A stretch of 64,000 nucleotides of DNA from Octopus sinensis (GCF_006345805.1 NC_043011.1:59780464-59844463); one strand, 5' to 3'; counted from the stretch's first letter, positions 1 to 13,375 are shown. Numbers and translations are program-made. The notes: generated by a model from the letters alone, not told the origin.

Positions 1-322
1 TCTGGGTTATTTCCTTTCATCGGCACAGAATAACTGTTCGGCAAGACGTGGCGGCTGCTAAATTCTTGTTCGAAATATAGTTTTCAAAATGACACACAAA
101 CACTGATCTAATAAAATAGAAAATTTCTATTTGTAAATCGTTCAACGAGAGACATTCAGTAAAGACAAAGATAGTGTGTCGTAAAGCCTGCTGGAGGCGA
201 TGTTTCCTGGGGTTAAATAACAGTAACATTCGACTGCCACGTTATGTTGGCAAATAATCTGCACTCTAGAGCACTGTTACTGAATGTCTTCCTTGAGAAA
301 TTTACAACTAGGAATTTTCTAT

Positions 323-417
<95 letters not shown>

Positions 418-692
418 TACACAAAGTGAAGAGAGAGACCAGTCCTTTAATCACTAGCAACCTCTCCATGAAGTAAATGTCAAACAACTTGGATGACAAT
501 AAAAAATAATGTCAATGCATAGAAAAGAGGTGTGCGTATAAATATATATGAGTGTGTGTGTGTGTGAAAGAGAGAGTTGTGAGCTTGTGTGTGTAGAAGT
601 GAGAGAGAGAGAAATATGTCGGTGAGATAATACTTCAAGATCTACTCTACTCTAAATTTGGGTCCCTTATTCTTTGGGTCGATGTCTCTCAA

Positions 693-742
<50 letters not shown>

Positions 743-1300
743 AAGAACGGTTGGTCTTCTTTCAGTTTCCGCCAATCAAATCCATTCACAAGGCTTTGGT
801 TGACCTGATGTTATAGTAGAAGACACTTGCCAGAAATGTCACACAGTGGGACTGAACCCAGCCTTTGACGACGCAACCACACATTTAGAGACATTGAAAC
901 ACATGCACACGTGTGAGTCTATGCTAGTTACAAATCTCTCCCCCCTAAAGACGGAGGTCGGCTTTACGGTAATGTTTATAAACATCCACTATTTGTTGCA
1001 CGTCCTTTATATTTTGCACACTCCAACAGCCAACATTGTAAATATTACGTAATTCCATACCTCCAGAAACAGCTGTCGGGCCTGAAATACCATGCCCTCT
1101 CCCCTTAGTTTTCTGCATTTTTTGTACTCCATGTAAATTTCTACTGTAAATACATAAGAATCTATATGCACGAGTGTCCATCTGAATACTTTCAATTATC
1201 CCTCTCTCTATGTATATCCCTGTATATTTTCATATATGTACAGGTATGCACGTACGTACGTATGTAAGTACGTACGTACGTATGTATGTATGTATGTATG

Positions 1301-1331
<31 letters not shown>

Positions 1332-1748
1332 GTATGTATGTATGTATGTATCTATGTATCTATGTATGTATGTATGTAAGTATGTATGTATGTAAGTATG
1401 TATGTATGTATGTATGTAAGTATGTATGTATGTAAGTATGTATGTATATATGTTTTACATATCAAGCCCAAACGTGTTTATTTGTCTCGTTATCTCTGTA
1501 TCAGCTCACCCGGATTTCCCTTGTAGTGACTCTTTACCCCGCAGACTTTATCTTTGATAAAGACTTCGGAGTCTAAGTTCAAATCATTTGAGGCATGCTA
1601 CTGAGTGTTTTCTATATTGAGCAACCGTAGTTTTCACCTGCTGACTACACACACGCACACACACACACACATACATACACACATACACACACACACACAC
1701 ATATATATGCACTCGCACATATACACACACACATACATATATATATAT

Positions 1749-2145
1749 GAGTGGCTGTGTGATAAGTAGCTTGCTTACCAACCACATGGTCCCGGGTTCA
1801 CTCCCACTTGGGCAAATGTCTTCTACTATAGCCTCGGGTCGGCCAAAGCCTTGTGGGTGGATCTGGTAGACGGAAACTGAAAGAAACCCGTCGTATATAT
1901 GTATGTATATATATATATATGTATGTGTGCGTATATGTTTGTGTGTCTGTGTTTGTCCCCCAATATCGCTTGGCAACCGATGATGGTGTGTTTACGTCCC
2001 CGTAACCTAGCAGTTCGGCAAAAGAGACCGGTAGAATAAGTACTAGGCTTCCAAAGAATAAGTCCTGGGGTCGATTTACTCGACTAAAGGCGGTGCCCCA
2101 GCATGGCCGCAGTCAAATGACTGAAACAAGTAAAAGAGTAAAAGT
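1749..2145 (+). mobile_element. tRNA-headed SINE family A copy
   Basis: TGGCTGTGTG A-box-like and GGTTCA B-box-like head, CTTGGGCAA core, internal TA/TG microsatellite, tail CAGCATGGCCGCAGTCAAATGACTGAAAC(AAGTAAAAGAG)n. Confidence 0.85.
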
Positions 2146-2156
2146 GAATATATATA

Positions 2157-2341
2157 CTTTAGTCGAGTAAATCGACCCCAGGACTTATTCTTTGGAAGCC
2201 TAGTACTTATTCTACCGGATTCTTTTGCCGAACTACTAGGTTACGGGGACGTAAACACACCACCATCGGCTGCCAAGCGATTTTGGGGGACAAACACAGA
2301 CACACAAACATATACGCACACATACATATATATATATATAT
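2157..2341 (-). mobile_element. Inverted partial duplicate of the preceding SINE A
   Basis: Reverse complement of ~1905-2089. Confidence 0.85.
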
Positions 2342-2698
2342 TCGATTCTGCAGGTGAATATATTCCGACCCTATAGATAAACAGATCCTGACCTTGAGGT
2401 TGTGAGGCCAAGAATTTTAAAAGACTTTAATGGTTGAAGTCGTGTGTTGTTCACAACCAGAGAAGACGTGGTACGACGTTGATTGTGTTTGTGGTTTTTG
2501 TGCCGTAGCAACCATACAAAACTAGGTTAACATATTCGAGAGAAACCAACAATAGTAACAGCTGAACCTTCTAATATCCGGAATGCCATTCACTTCCTGC
2601 AATATTTTGGCTCGAGTAGCACATTAATCCTTGCTGTCATACGTTTTCGCTCTTTATGTTCGGTTCTATGTGACTATATGTGTTTGTTTGTTTTCTGT

Positions 2699-2762
<64 letters not shown>

Positions 2763-3021
2763 TAGACACAATAAGGATCTTACTGACCACTTGGAAACCA
2801 TGGAATGTCTGAATAGAAACAAGTACATAACAAAACAAAATAACGATAGCAAATCATTATGTATCATATATACATAAGTGTGTGTGTGTGTGTCTGTGTG
2901 TGTGTAAAATAGAAGAAATAGTATATATATACATGTATGTATATGTTTGTATATATGTATGCGCATACACACATACACGTACATCCACACATCCACATCT
3001 ATTTGCAAATAGAGACATGGG

Positions 3022-3072
3022 ATTCATTTTTACTAGTTTCAAGTCTCTTTAGACTTTCATCAGATTGCGAAT
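3022..3072 (-). ncRNA. Hammerhead-like motif
   Basis: CUGAUGA-AAGUCU(AAAG)AGACUU-GAAAC-UA-GUA, palindromic ACUAGU. Stem I partly mismatched. Confidence 0.5.
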
Positions 3073-4219
3073 ATATTTTCTGTCCACGTGTGCAGAGAAC
3101 TAAATTAGTGTATCTAATTTGTATTAGAGTGCAGCCACAGGTAGCGTAAATTAATTTATACAGTGTTGGAAAGGGTTGGGAATAATTTGAAATTCAGGAT
3201 AAAATTTAATCGTGTAAAAAAATTATTATTATCAACAAAAGCAATGTAAATACGAAAGAGCAATCTTCATACCCGACTTAACGATATGGATGTTTTGTTA
3301 GAACGCTGAATACTGACATTGAGGGGTCTTCTCATATAGATGCATGGTGCATAAAAACACACATTTATATCGTAGGCAGACGAGAATCGTTCGTTACGGC
3401 ACCAGAACTACTAGTTCATGTGATTTCGACGTACTGCGTCTTTTCAGTGACAGCCTTTCGCTAGCTTGATTACCAGTGAAACCTGCCGACAATATGTAGA
3501 ATTCAGGTATATATTTCAGACGCTGGTGTGGAAAATGGTCAGCGGGTTTGTTTTTAATAAGTACACAGTTTAAGATTAGCTGTGAAAAGTAAACAAAGTG
3601 GTTACGCAACAGGTTTATCCCTCCGTAAACAATAAAAGAAATCTGTCTAGTTTTAGCTTTTATTAAACATCATCAGAAATCATTTGTTTATTTTCTGTCT
3701 AAGTAAAGGTTTACTAAGGTGGGGTGGTTTAGTGCGTTTAAGGGGTTATCTTGATTTTATCGTTAAGTAAAAGGTTTGGCCCTTACTGAACAACAAATAG
3801 GAATTCGACTGGTTTCAGGTTTTGTTGAATGTCATCAGAGATCATTCACTCATTTTCGGTCTCCGCAATGATAAGCCTAGAGTGTAACCAATCGCTTTTC
3901 TCGGTGAAAGTTAATTGTTTTTACTAAAAGCACACAATAAATCTTAAATTGTTTATGCGTATGCATGAACTGCTTCGTCAGAGCTGAGTTGAATTCACTC
4001 CAGCTCAGCTCTGACGAAGCAGATCGCAACAACATTAAATACTATTTATCCATTGAAGGTTGAGTAAATGTGTCGAGTATTACAGGGTAGTGAACGACTC
4101 GGCCACCGCGATTGAGGAATTCACTTCTCTTTGAAAATGAAGATATCAGAGATTACAGCGGTTACCTGCACTATTAGATGCTAGAATGTGACAGATAACA
4201 TTGGAAGTATACTTTTGCT

Positions 4220-4628
4220 TGTGACTAAGTGTTTCGGGCATTCGGCTGACGATCGTAAGGTCGTGCGTTCGATTCGTGGTGGCGCGTTGAGTCCTTGAGC
4301 AAGACACTTTATTTCATGTTGCTCCAGTCTACTTTGCCAGCAAAAATGAGTCGTACCTGAATTTCAAAGAGCCTAGTAAAAGGGAAAAAGAGTAAAAGAG
4401 AGCCTTGTCACAGTCTGTGTCGCGCCAAATCTCTTTGACAACTATGTTAAGGGTACGCGTGTCTATGAAGTACTCAGCCACTGTAGGAATTTAATCAGCA
4501 GTTCCCAACAACCTGGTTCCGGGTTCAGTCCCACTGCGTGGAACCTTGGGCAAATATCTTCTACTAAAGCCTCGGGCAGACCAAAGCCTTGTGAGAGGAT
4601 TTGGTAGACACGGAAACAAAGAAGCCTG

Positions 4629-4663
<35 letters not shown>

Positions 4664-4890
4664 GTGTGTGTGTGTGCATGCGTGCGCGCGTGTGTTTGTC
4701 CCTCCACCATTACTTGACAACCGATGTTGGTGTGTTTATGTCCCCGTAACTTAGTGGTTCGGCAAAAGCGACCGATAGAATAAGTACTAGGCTTACAAAG
4801 AATAAGTCCTGGAGTCCAGTTCTTCCACTAACACCCTTTAAGACGGTGATCCAGTATGGCTGCAGTCAAATGACAAGTTTAAAAAAAAGT
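4220..4890 (+). mobile_element. Degenerate SINE family C-type element followed by a 5'-truncated SINE A
   Basis: GTTCGATTC head and GCCTTGTCAC...GTTAAGGGTACGCGTGTC body to ~4505, then SINE A body and tail. Confidence 0.7.
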
Positions 4891-5104
4891 AAGTGAAACA
4901 GTAACTCAAGGACCGAGTCTTTCATTTAGGGGACACTTATAAGTAAGGGCGGCTTTTAAGCTAACTCCTGCGGAAGGATCTTCATTGGGCCCTGGGCCCT
5001 ACAATGACACTTCATGCATTGAGTGCATATTAAATTTTATTAAACTTGACCAACAATTTTTGTCTTCTCATTCAGGGGTCAGTACAAACTTTTTCTGTCT
5101 AACT

Positions 5105-5177
<73 letters not shown>

Positions 5178-6019
5178 GTTGATTATTTTCAACCATCACC
5201 CATCACCAGTACCACCACCATCGCCACTAAAACTGCCATACACACATCATTGAGACTTCTGATGCCACCACCATGAATACCTTTAACTTCGCCTTCTTCC
5301 CTTCCACCACCATCACCACTGTCTTTCACATCGCTTACTATCACCGTCATCCCTGACTGCCTCGGCTACCACCACCACCACCACCACCATCACCCTTACC
5401 TCCGCCTCTATCACAACTACAACTCATACTATTACTAACGCCCCATTACCATCACAACCGTCAATCTACTACCGCCCTCACCGTCTCTCTGACTACTAAT
5501 ACTCTCACCCCAGCAAGAGGAATAGTAGAAGTATTATTGAATAGTGAGAGAGGGTGTCAAAGTGTGACACACTGACACACACACAAATTCATTTTGGCAT
5601 TTATTATTATAGATGAGTGCCATGAACGATTCTCTCGGCAATCTTTCCTACGATAGACACAAAGGCCTTAAATCTTGAGGGTGGGGAGGGATCTAATCGA
5701 TTACATTGATCTCAGTGCCCAACTGTTACTTATTTTATCGACCCGAAAAAAAATAATAAAAAGCAAAGTGGATCACGGTTGCATTTTTGCCGATATAAAA
5801 AAAGCATAGTAAAATTTCTCCCGCTTAACGTGAATGTTGTGCTAGGACTCAGAATTCTGCGTCGTTTACTTTTAGACGGGACCCCACATATGGATCAGTG
5901 ATACCTAAAAGCACTCGCATTTATATCGTTGACAGATGAGAACCGTCCACTACGACCCCTGAGTTCTTTTCTGCAGGCGTGGCTGTGTGGTAAGAAGCTC
6001 GCTTCCCTCACTACTGTGT

Positions 6020-7060
6020 GGGCGTGTTTTTCTTCGCTGTTGGAGTCCCATCTTTGTATACCAACGTCGTGAATTATTGAAGTACAACTACCAGATAAGA
6101 CATTTGTTTTGGGAGGGATTCAGTTGGGGTTAGTTGCTCGTGGTTAATTATTTTTGTCGAATAAGAAATCTCCACTGAGTTCCACGCATTTGTCTGCCTG
6201 TGGTCGTGTTTAAAGTCTCACTTAGCGATGAGAAGTGTGTTTTGTGGGGCCCAATCAACCAAGAATGTGGCTTTTCCAGATATTTTGAAAATGGCTGGGT
6301 GCAGGTAGCCGGTGATTCTTGAGGGACGAACCCCACCCGCCCCAAGTGTCACCTGTACCTGGAACTGGGCCACACCAAAAAGAGCTGTCCCCAGGACCAG
6401 AGTAGAGTCCTGGAGCAGTTGGTTGTGGAAAAGCCCCCCTCCTCCTCCGGAAGGAGAGATGGAGGGGGAAACCTCCCCCAGAAAAAAGGGGGAAAGTAAG
6501 AAAGAGAGCAATAATGGTTGCTCACCAAAGGATCCTAAAGCTGCGGGATGAAGCGATGTTCCTCCGGTTAAGGCGAAGGAACCAACCCCTCCCGTACCAA
6601 AGGCTAAAAAAAAGAAAAAAGAATAGGACAGTGTCGGTGGTTTGCAGTGCACTGCCGGCATGTCCCGAAACCTCGTTGGTGGGAATTGTGCCACCGACGG
6701 AGGAAACTGTGGGCCCCTAAAATAATGAAGAATTTGTGATCTTTCTCAAGGGAGGAGCCGTAGAGAACTTTGTAAGAAGTTTTGAAGGTCGGGAACTGGC
6801 GGCCCCAACCTGCATTGATAGCCCACATTAGCCCCCGCATGTGGCTGCGGAGGTCATGGAGGAGAGGTACTTTTATAAGATGATGGATGCTTTTTCTAAG
6901 GAGGAATTCAATTATCTTTTCTGGGTCCCCTACTTGCTATTGCGGGATTGCCTGCAGACGGCGAGAGATTTGATCGGGGAGGTGAGGTGCGAGCTGTTGG
7001 CTCCTCGATTGATTTGGAACTTTTTGACCACTGTAAGAGGTTCATTACCACTTTGTGTTT
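6020..7060 (+). mobile_element. Decayed ORF1-like region of an L1/Tx1-clade LINE
   Basis: GC-richer block with a degenerate gag knuckle RPKCHL(Y)LELGHTKKSCP (~6337-6390), then a P/E/K-rich linker. Stops and frameshifts present. Confidence 0.5.
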
Positions 7061-7096
7061 AAAAAAAGAGAAAAACAACAACAGTGTAGGAGTGTA

Positions 7097-7505
7097 GGCG
7101 TAGGAGTGGCTGTGTGGTACGTAGCTTGCTTACGAACCATATGGTTCCGGGTTCAGTCCTACTGCGTGGTACTTTGGGCAAGTGCCTTCTATTATAGCCT
7201 CGGGCCGACCAAAGCCTTGTGAGTGGATTTGGTAAACGGAAACTGAAAGAAGCCCGTCGTATATATGTATATATGTAAGTGTGTGTATATGTTTGTGTGT
7301 CTGTATGTGTCCCCCCCCCCCAACATCGCTTGACAACCGATGCTGGTGTGTTTACGTCCCTGTAACTTAGCGGTTCGGCAAAAGAGACCGATAGAATAAG
7401 TACTAGGCTTCCAAAGAATAAGTCCTGGGGTCGATCTGCTCGACTAAAGGTGGTGCTCTAGCATGGCCACAGTCAAATGACTGAAACAAAGGAGTAAAGA
7501 GTAAA
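7097..7505 (+). mobile_element. SINE family A, full length
   Basis: Same head, core and tail as 1749-2145 and 8300-8705. Confidence 0.9.
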
Positions 7506-7649
7506 GTAGAGTGTTCTGGAGGGGCGTCGTCTGCTTCCCCCATCAATATCATTATTTTGCTCATCATTCATTTTCATCTGTTTTTGTTGTCCAGCCCGAA
7601 TTTGCTTCTCTCTTTGTAATGCCCTTATGGCAAATTTGGTGAAATAAAG

Positions 7650-7777
7650 AGACTTGCTTCCCAACCACATGGTACCGGGTTCAGTCCCACTGGGCAAGTT
7701 TCTTCTTCTATAGCCTCGGGCCGACAAAGGTCCTGTGAGTGGACTTGGTAGACGGAAACTGAACGAAGGCAATCGTA

Positions 7778-7815
<38 letters not shown>

Positions 7816-8050
7816 TGTGAGTGTGTGTGTGTGCGTGTGTGTGTGCGTGCGTATTTGTGTGTGTGTGCGTGTGTGAGTGTGTGTGTGTGTGAACCATCGC
7901 TTGGCAACGTAACTTAGCGGGTCGGCAAAAGAGACCGGTAGAATAAGTAGTAGGCTTAGAAAGAGGAAGTCCTGGCCTGGAGTTGATATGTTCGACTAAA
8001 AGCGGTGCTCCAGCATGGCCGCAGTCAAATGACTGAAACAAGTAAAAGAA
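7650..8050 (+). mobile_element. SINE family A with expanded (TG)n and internal deletion
   Basis: Family A body and tail. Confidence 0.85.
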
Positions 8051-8299
8051 TAAACGTGAACAGCTGATAATCAAAACATTGCGTGACGTCGCGCCCAGGG
8101 TGAGCAGACAACACAAGGAGGACAGCTATATTTATACGTCTGCTTTTAAGGAAGGAGACAGCCAACTGCTCTCCGTATCGCTGGCTACACTCCCTTAAAT
8201 AATGCACAGCGCCAATGGAACTTATCTCCTTGCTCTCTTTAAAATTTGAGTCTGCTATTATTATTATTTTTTTTTATTTTTAATATAAATAAACAGATA

Positions 8300-8705
8300 G
8301 GCGCAGGAGTGGCTGTGTGGTAAGTAGCTTGTTTACCAACCACATGGTTCTGGGTTCAGTCCCACTGCGTGGCACCTTGGGCAGGTGTCTTCTACTATAG
8401 CCTCGGGCCGACCGAAGCCTTGTGAGTGGATTTGGTAGACGGAAACTGAAAGAAGCCCGTCGTATATATGTATATATATGTATGTCTGTGTGTGTTTGTG
8501 TGTCTGTGTTTGTCCCCCTAGCATTGCTTCACAACCGATGCTGATGTGTTTATGTCCCCGTCACTTAGCGGTTCGGCAAAAGAGACTGATAGAATAAGTA
8601 CTGGGCTTACAAAGAATAAGTCCCGGAGTCGAGTTGCTCGATTAAAGGCGGTGCTCCAGCATGGCCGCAGTCAAATGACTGAAACAAGTAAAAGAGTAAA
8701 AGAGA
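8300..8705 (+). mobile_element. SINE family A, full length
   Basis: GGCGCAGGAGTGGCTGTGTGGTAAG head to GAAACAAGTAAAAGAGTAAAAGAG tail. Confidence 0.9.
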
Positions 8706-8854
8706 TAAACAGTAGAGCGCCTCGCATAGACTTCGTCTTAACCTGCCTGGACAGGTTAAGAATGAATATGCAAATATTCACTTGAAACCTGATATCATTG
8801 CTTTAGAATTTCCTGAACTTTCAGTTTTAGTCTGAAGCTGACGCAGGAGTTATA

Positions 8855-9066
8855 TATTTCTTTACTACCCACAAGGGCTAAACACAGAGGGGACAAACAA
8901 GGAGAGACAAATGGATTAAGTCGATTAGATCGACCCCAGTGCGTAACTGGTACTTAATTTATCGACCCCGAAAGGATGAAAGGCAAAGTCGACCTCGGCG
9001 GAATTTGAACACAGAACGTAACGGCAGACGAAATACGGCTAACGTTTCTTGCCAGCTCGCCGCCTT
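8855..9066 (-). mobile_element. SINE family B
   Basis: Reverse complement: GGCGGCGAGCTGGC head, GCCTTTCATCCTTTCGGGGTCGATAAATTAAGTACC centre, CCCTTGTGGGTAGTAAAGAAATA tail. Confidence 0.85.
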
Positions 9067-9263
9067 AGAAGTTATACAAAAAGGAATTAAACGAATGTAC
9101 ACCAACTGAAACTTTCGTTTTCTGAGAAAGAAAGAAAAAAAAAAAGCCCGAAAACGAAATTAACATTTTTTGTAATCACGTGACTCATTCACAATAACCC
9201 GAACAGAGTTATCGGCCTTTGAAACCCACAACATTTAAAGATTTTTGTTGTTTGGCAGAAACG

Positions 9264-9347
9264 ATGCAGCTTGGAATTGGTTATTTCTTGCTTCTGCTAC
9301 CCACCGTATGGGCCGACGATTTGGCCACCCTGAGACTGGTCAACCTG
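9264..9347 (+). CDS. ACP2: ACP2-like coding exon 1 (signal peptide) [28 protein letters not shown]
   Basis: ATG at 9264, hydrophobic core with VWA cleavage-like site, donor GTAGGT at 9348. Acceptor tttggcag ends at 9258, implying an upstream non-coding exon. Confidence 0.85.
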
Positions 9348-9922
9348 GTAGGTTTACAAATGTCTAATTATACAAGTATCAAGAGAAAAAAAAAACTTCT
9401 TTTGTTTTCTGTTTTCGTTCCAAAATTCCTCTCTTCTTCACAAAACCCTTTTGGTCCCTCCTCACCCGAATCCGCCCCAGCTGGATCTGCAATACAAATG
9501 TCTCGTTTGCATAGGTTTTGAAACCTTAGCCACGATTTACGTTCCTAACACCACCTTAATGATATATCTAAGTTATTTTACTAAATTCTTTGTTATAATT
9601 AGAAATTAATTGAAACAAACACAGAACACTTCAATAGAAATACGGTAACGGAAGGATCAAACAACCACAAGGCATCCACTTGGGATCCGTATTGTTTATT
9701 GTTTTCGTTTTTACGATTTCTCTTTCTTAATAATTCTGTTTTGATTGTTTGTTATTGTTTTGGTTTTCTAATGGATTTAAAACCTTTTAATTTACGAAAA
9801 CAAATCTCTTTGTTATGATTAATTATTATAAAACACCGAAGCAAGTCTTACGTTTATATTCACCAGTAAATAAGTTCGAAATGTGTTTGTGTGTATATAT
9901 ATATAATATATATATAATATAA

Positions 9923-9960
<38 letters not shown>

Positions 9961-10336
9961 CTATATATGTTATATAATATATATATATATAATATATAGA
10001 TATAATATATTAATAATATATATATTTATATAGTATAGATATATTATATTATAGTAGTTATATTATATATATATATATATATAATGGTATATATATGTAT
10101 ATTAGAATATATATATCTATATAGATTTATATATATATATATATGTATATATATATTATATATATATGTATATATATATCTATATATATATGTATATTTA
10201 GATTATATATATAATATGAATATATATATATATTTATATATATTATATGTATATATATATTATATATTTATATATATGTATATATATATATATATAGTAT
10301 AATATAGTATATCTATATAATATAATTTATATAATG

Positions 10337-10368
<32 letters not shown>

Positions 10369-10737
10369 GATATATATATATATAGATATATTTATATATA
10401 TGTATATATATTATATGTATATTATATATATGTATATATATATGTATATTATATATATGATATGTATGTGTATGTTATATATATGTATGTATATATATAT
10501 AAATGTATGTATGTATATATACATACACACGAATATACACTAGTTTTGTGAACATCTGCTGTTGTATATTTAATCTATTCCACAGTATTTTGATAAATCG
10601 CACTAGTTTCACTCTGTTTATCAATATTGCTTAATCGTACGCTGATGTATGTTTATAAATAAAACATAGAATAGAATAAAATAGATAGATAGGTAAGTAG
10701 ATAGACAGATAGTTAGATAGATAGATAGATAGATAGA

Positions 10738-10790
<53 letters not shown>

Positions 10791-11001
10791 GTAAATGTAT
10801 GTATTGTCCGTGTGTATGTATCGTTTTGTATACACAACCGAAAGAGCTTTTCATATGCGATGCTTGCGTCGCAACATATCAAGTGTTGAAGCCGATCCCT
10901 TCAAAATACGACTTAGAAATGGTCAGATCGTCTCTCACGAATCAGCGATCAGGATTCCGAAGCAACTTTGGAGGCGATTCTATAAAATGAAACATACGTA
11001 C

Positions 11002-11037
<36 letters not shown>

Positions 11038-11579
11038 TAAGTAGATAAGTCAAATGTCTGTAGCGATAATCAACATGAGAGGTTATTTTCCTTAGCATTG
11101 TTGTTAAACTTGCTGAGAAACAAACGGGTCCCTGAAGTGCCCAACCCTCATCATCTGCTGCTTAATTCCTCACCTCGACCCCTTTTCCATTTTCTTTTGT
11201 GTCCTTGAGATACACTTACGGGTGGGGATGGGGGATCTCGATAATTTAATCTTTTGTAGTTCAAATGTTTTTCTTTCTTCCCGTAAAAATATTTCTTATA
11301 GAATGATTATATGTTGTTAGCAAATGATTTGACTGTGATATCAGAGTTTTGCCCTTAACGAGCGGTTAATAATATTGTCTGAACAAGCCATTGGGGTGAA
11401 ACCGCACAACTGTGTGTGTGTGTGTGTGTATGCATGTATGTATGTATATATGCATGTATGCATGTATATATGCATATATATTCATGTATGTATATATGTA
11501 TTGCATGTGTATATATATATATATATATATATATCAGGGTGGTGCTATATATATATATATATATATATATAGTACCACC

Positions 11580-11622
<43 letters not shown>

Positions 11623-11629
11623 CACCACC

Positions 11630-11679
<50 letters not shown>

Positions 11680-11729
11680 CAGGGTGGTGCTATATATATA
11701 TATATATATATATATATCAGGGTGGTGCT

Positions 11730-11774
<45 letters not shown>

Positions 11775-13153
11775 ATATTTATATCTGTCTCTATCTATCT
11801 ATCTATCTATCTATATCTCTATCTAGCTAACTAGCTAGCTATTTATCCATCATCCATCTATCCCAAGAGTCAAGGAATGAAGTATACATACATAAACATA
11901 TATATATATATATAAATATATGCATATTATATTATATAAAGAAGAAAATAAGAGGAAATGAATTCCCTACACAGGACAATAAGTTAGCGCTCAGTAAATA
12001 GAACTGAGAGAATATAGAGTGATGTAAGTTTCAAAGAAAAGGTAACTTTTGAGATTTTGACAAACAAAAAAACAGATTAATTTCTTCGCTATATTTTTCC
12101 AAAGACTCAGTTCATCATATAGAATATATTGTATACAAATTACAAAGAATATATACAAAAACAAAAATGTATTTTCTATATATATTTTTTGTAGTTATAT
12201 ATCATCGAAAGATGATGACTTGCATCTTTCGAAAAACATATTGAGGAAAATAATGTCTTTTGGTTGTCAGTATCTCAAAAGTTGCCTTTTCATTAAAACA
12301 TACATTACTGTATACAATATACATAGTATATATATATATATATATATATATACATACATATATATATCGAGCATATATATATACCATCCGAGCGTGGCCG
12401 TCTGCCAGCCTCGTCTGGCACCTGTGTCGGTGGCACATAAAATCACCCACTACACTCTCGGAGTGGTTGGCGTTAGGAAGGGCATCCAGCTGTAGAAACA
12501 CTGCCAGATCTGACTGGCCTGGTGCAGCCTTCGGGCTTGCCAGACCCCAGTTGAACCGTCCAACCCATGCTAGCATGGAAAGTGGACGTTAAACGATGAT
12601 GATGATGATGATGATGATGATATATATACTAGCAGTATTGCCCGGCGTTGCTTGGGTTTGTTTCGACCCGCTGGAATTGGAATTTTTTAAAAGTAAAAAT
12701 TTTTCATTATGTAGCTTGTTATTCTCTTCAAGTGAACATTTTTCTGGTTGAAATATGCCGAAAAGTGGCGACAGAGCAGTGAAAAAATAGTAAAAAATAG
12801 GGATTTTCATAGAAAAAAGCACCTTTTTGATATAAATAATTTTTGGTGTTAACATGATCCGATTTGAATTTTATCTTGTACGGAAGAAAGAGCAACCCTT
12901 CTATCATACTCTCAATTTTGGTCAACTTGCGCCGCACGGTCTCGGAGGAGATAGTGTTAGTTGAAGGCTACCAAACCTGGCGCACACAGACAACTTCAGC
13001 TTTATATAGAGAAAGATAACACACACACATTAATACACATACATACAGACACACACACACACACACATGTATGTATGTATATATGTACATCTGTCCACTT
13101 CTTGCCATATTTTTATCCTTCACTTCCTACACACACACACTCACACACACATG

Positions 13154-13192
<39 letters not shown>

Positions 13193-13273
13193 TCTTAGCT
13201 TACAATTTTCTTTCAACATGTATATATGTATCTGCATGTGTATATATATGTATATTATATATATATTATATAT

Positions 13274-13319
<46 letters not shown>

Positions 13320-13375
13320 GTGGTGCTATTAAGTTAGACATGGCCTGGACCAATCTTTGGTCGAAACATATCTAA

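Noticed and set aside
1530-2640. Further minus-strand exon-like segments (1535-1637, 2393-2640)
   Set aside because: Stops in all frames tried, so they cannot be supported as coding.
6218-6694. 158-aa minus-strand ORF
   Set aside because: Antisense shadow of the purine-rich decayed LINE ORF1-like region, with no recognisable motifs.
10595-10630. Minus-strand UUGAUAA...GAAAC-UA-GUG (possible U3-A8 hammerhead)
   Set aside because: Stem II is only 2 bp, the triplet ends in G and there is no stem I.
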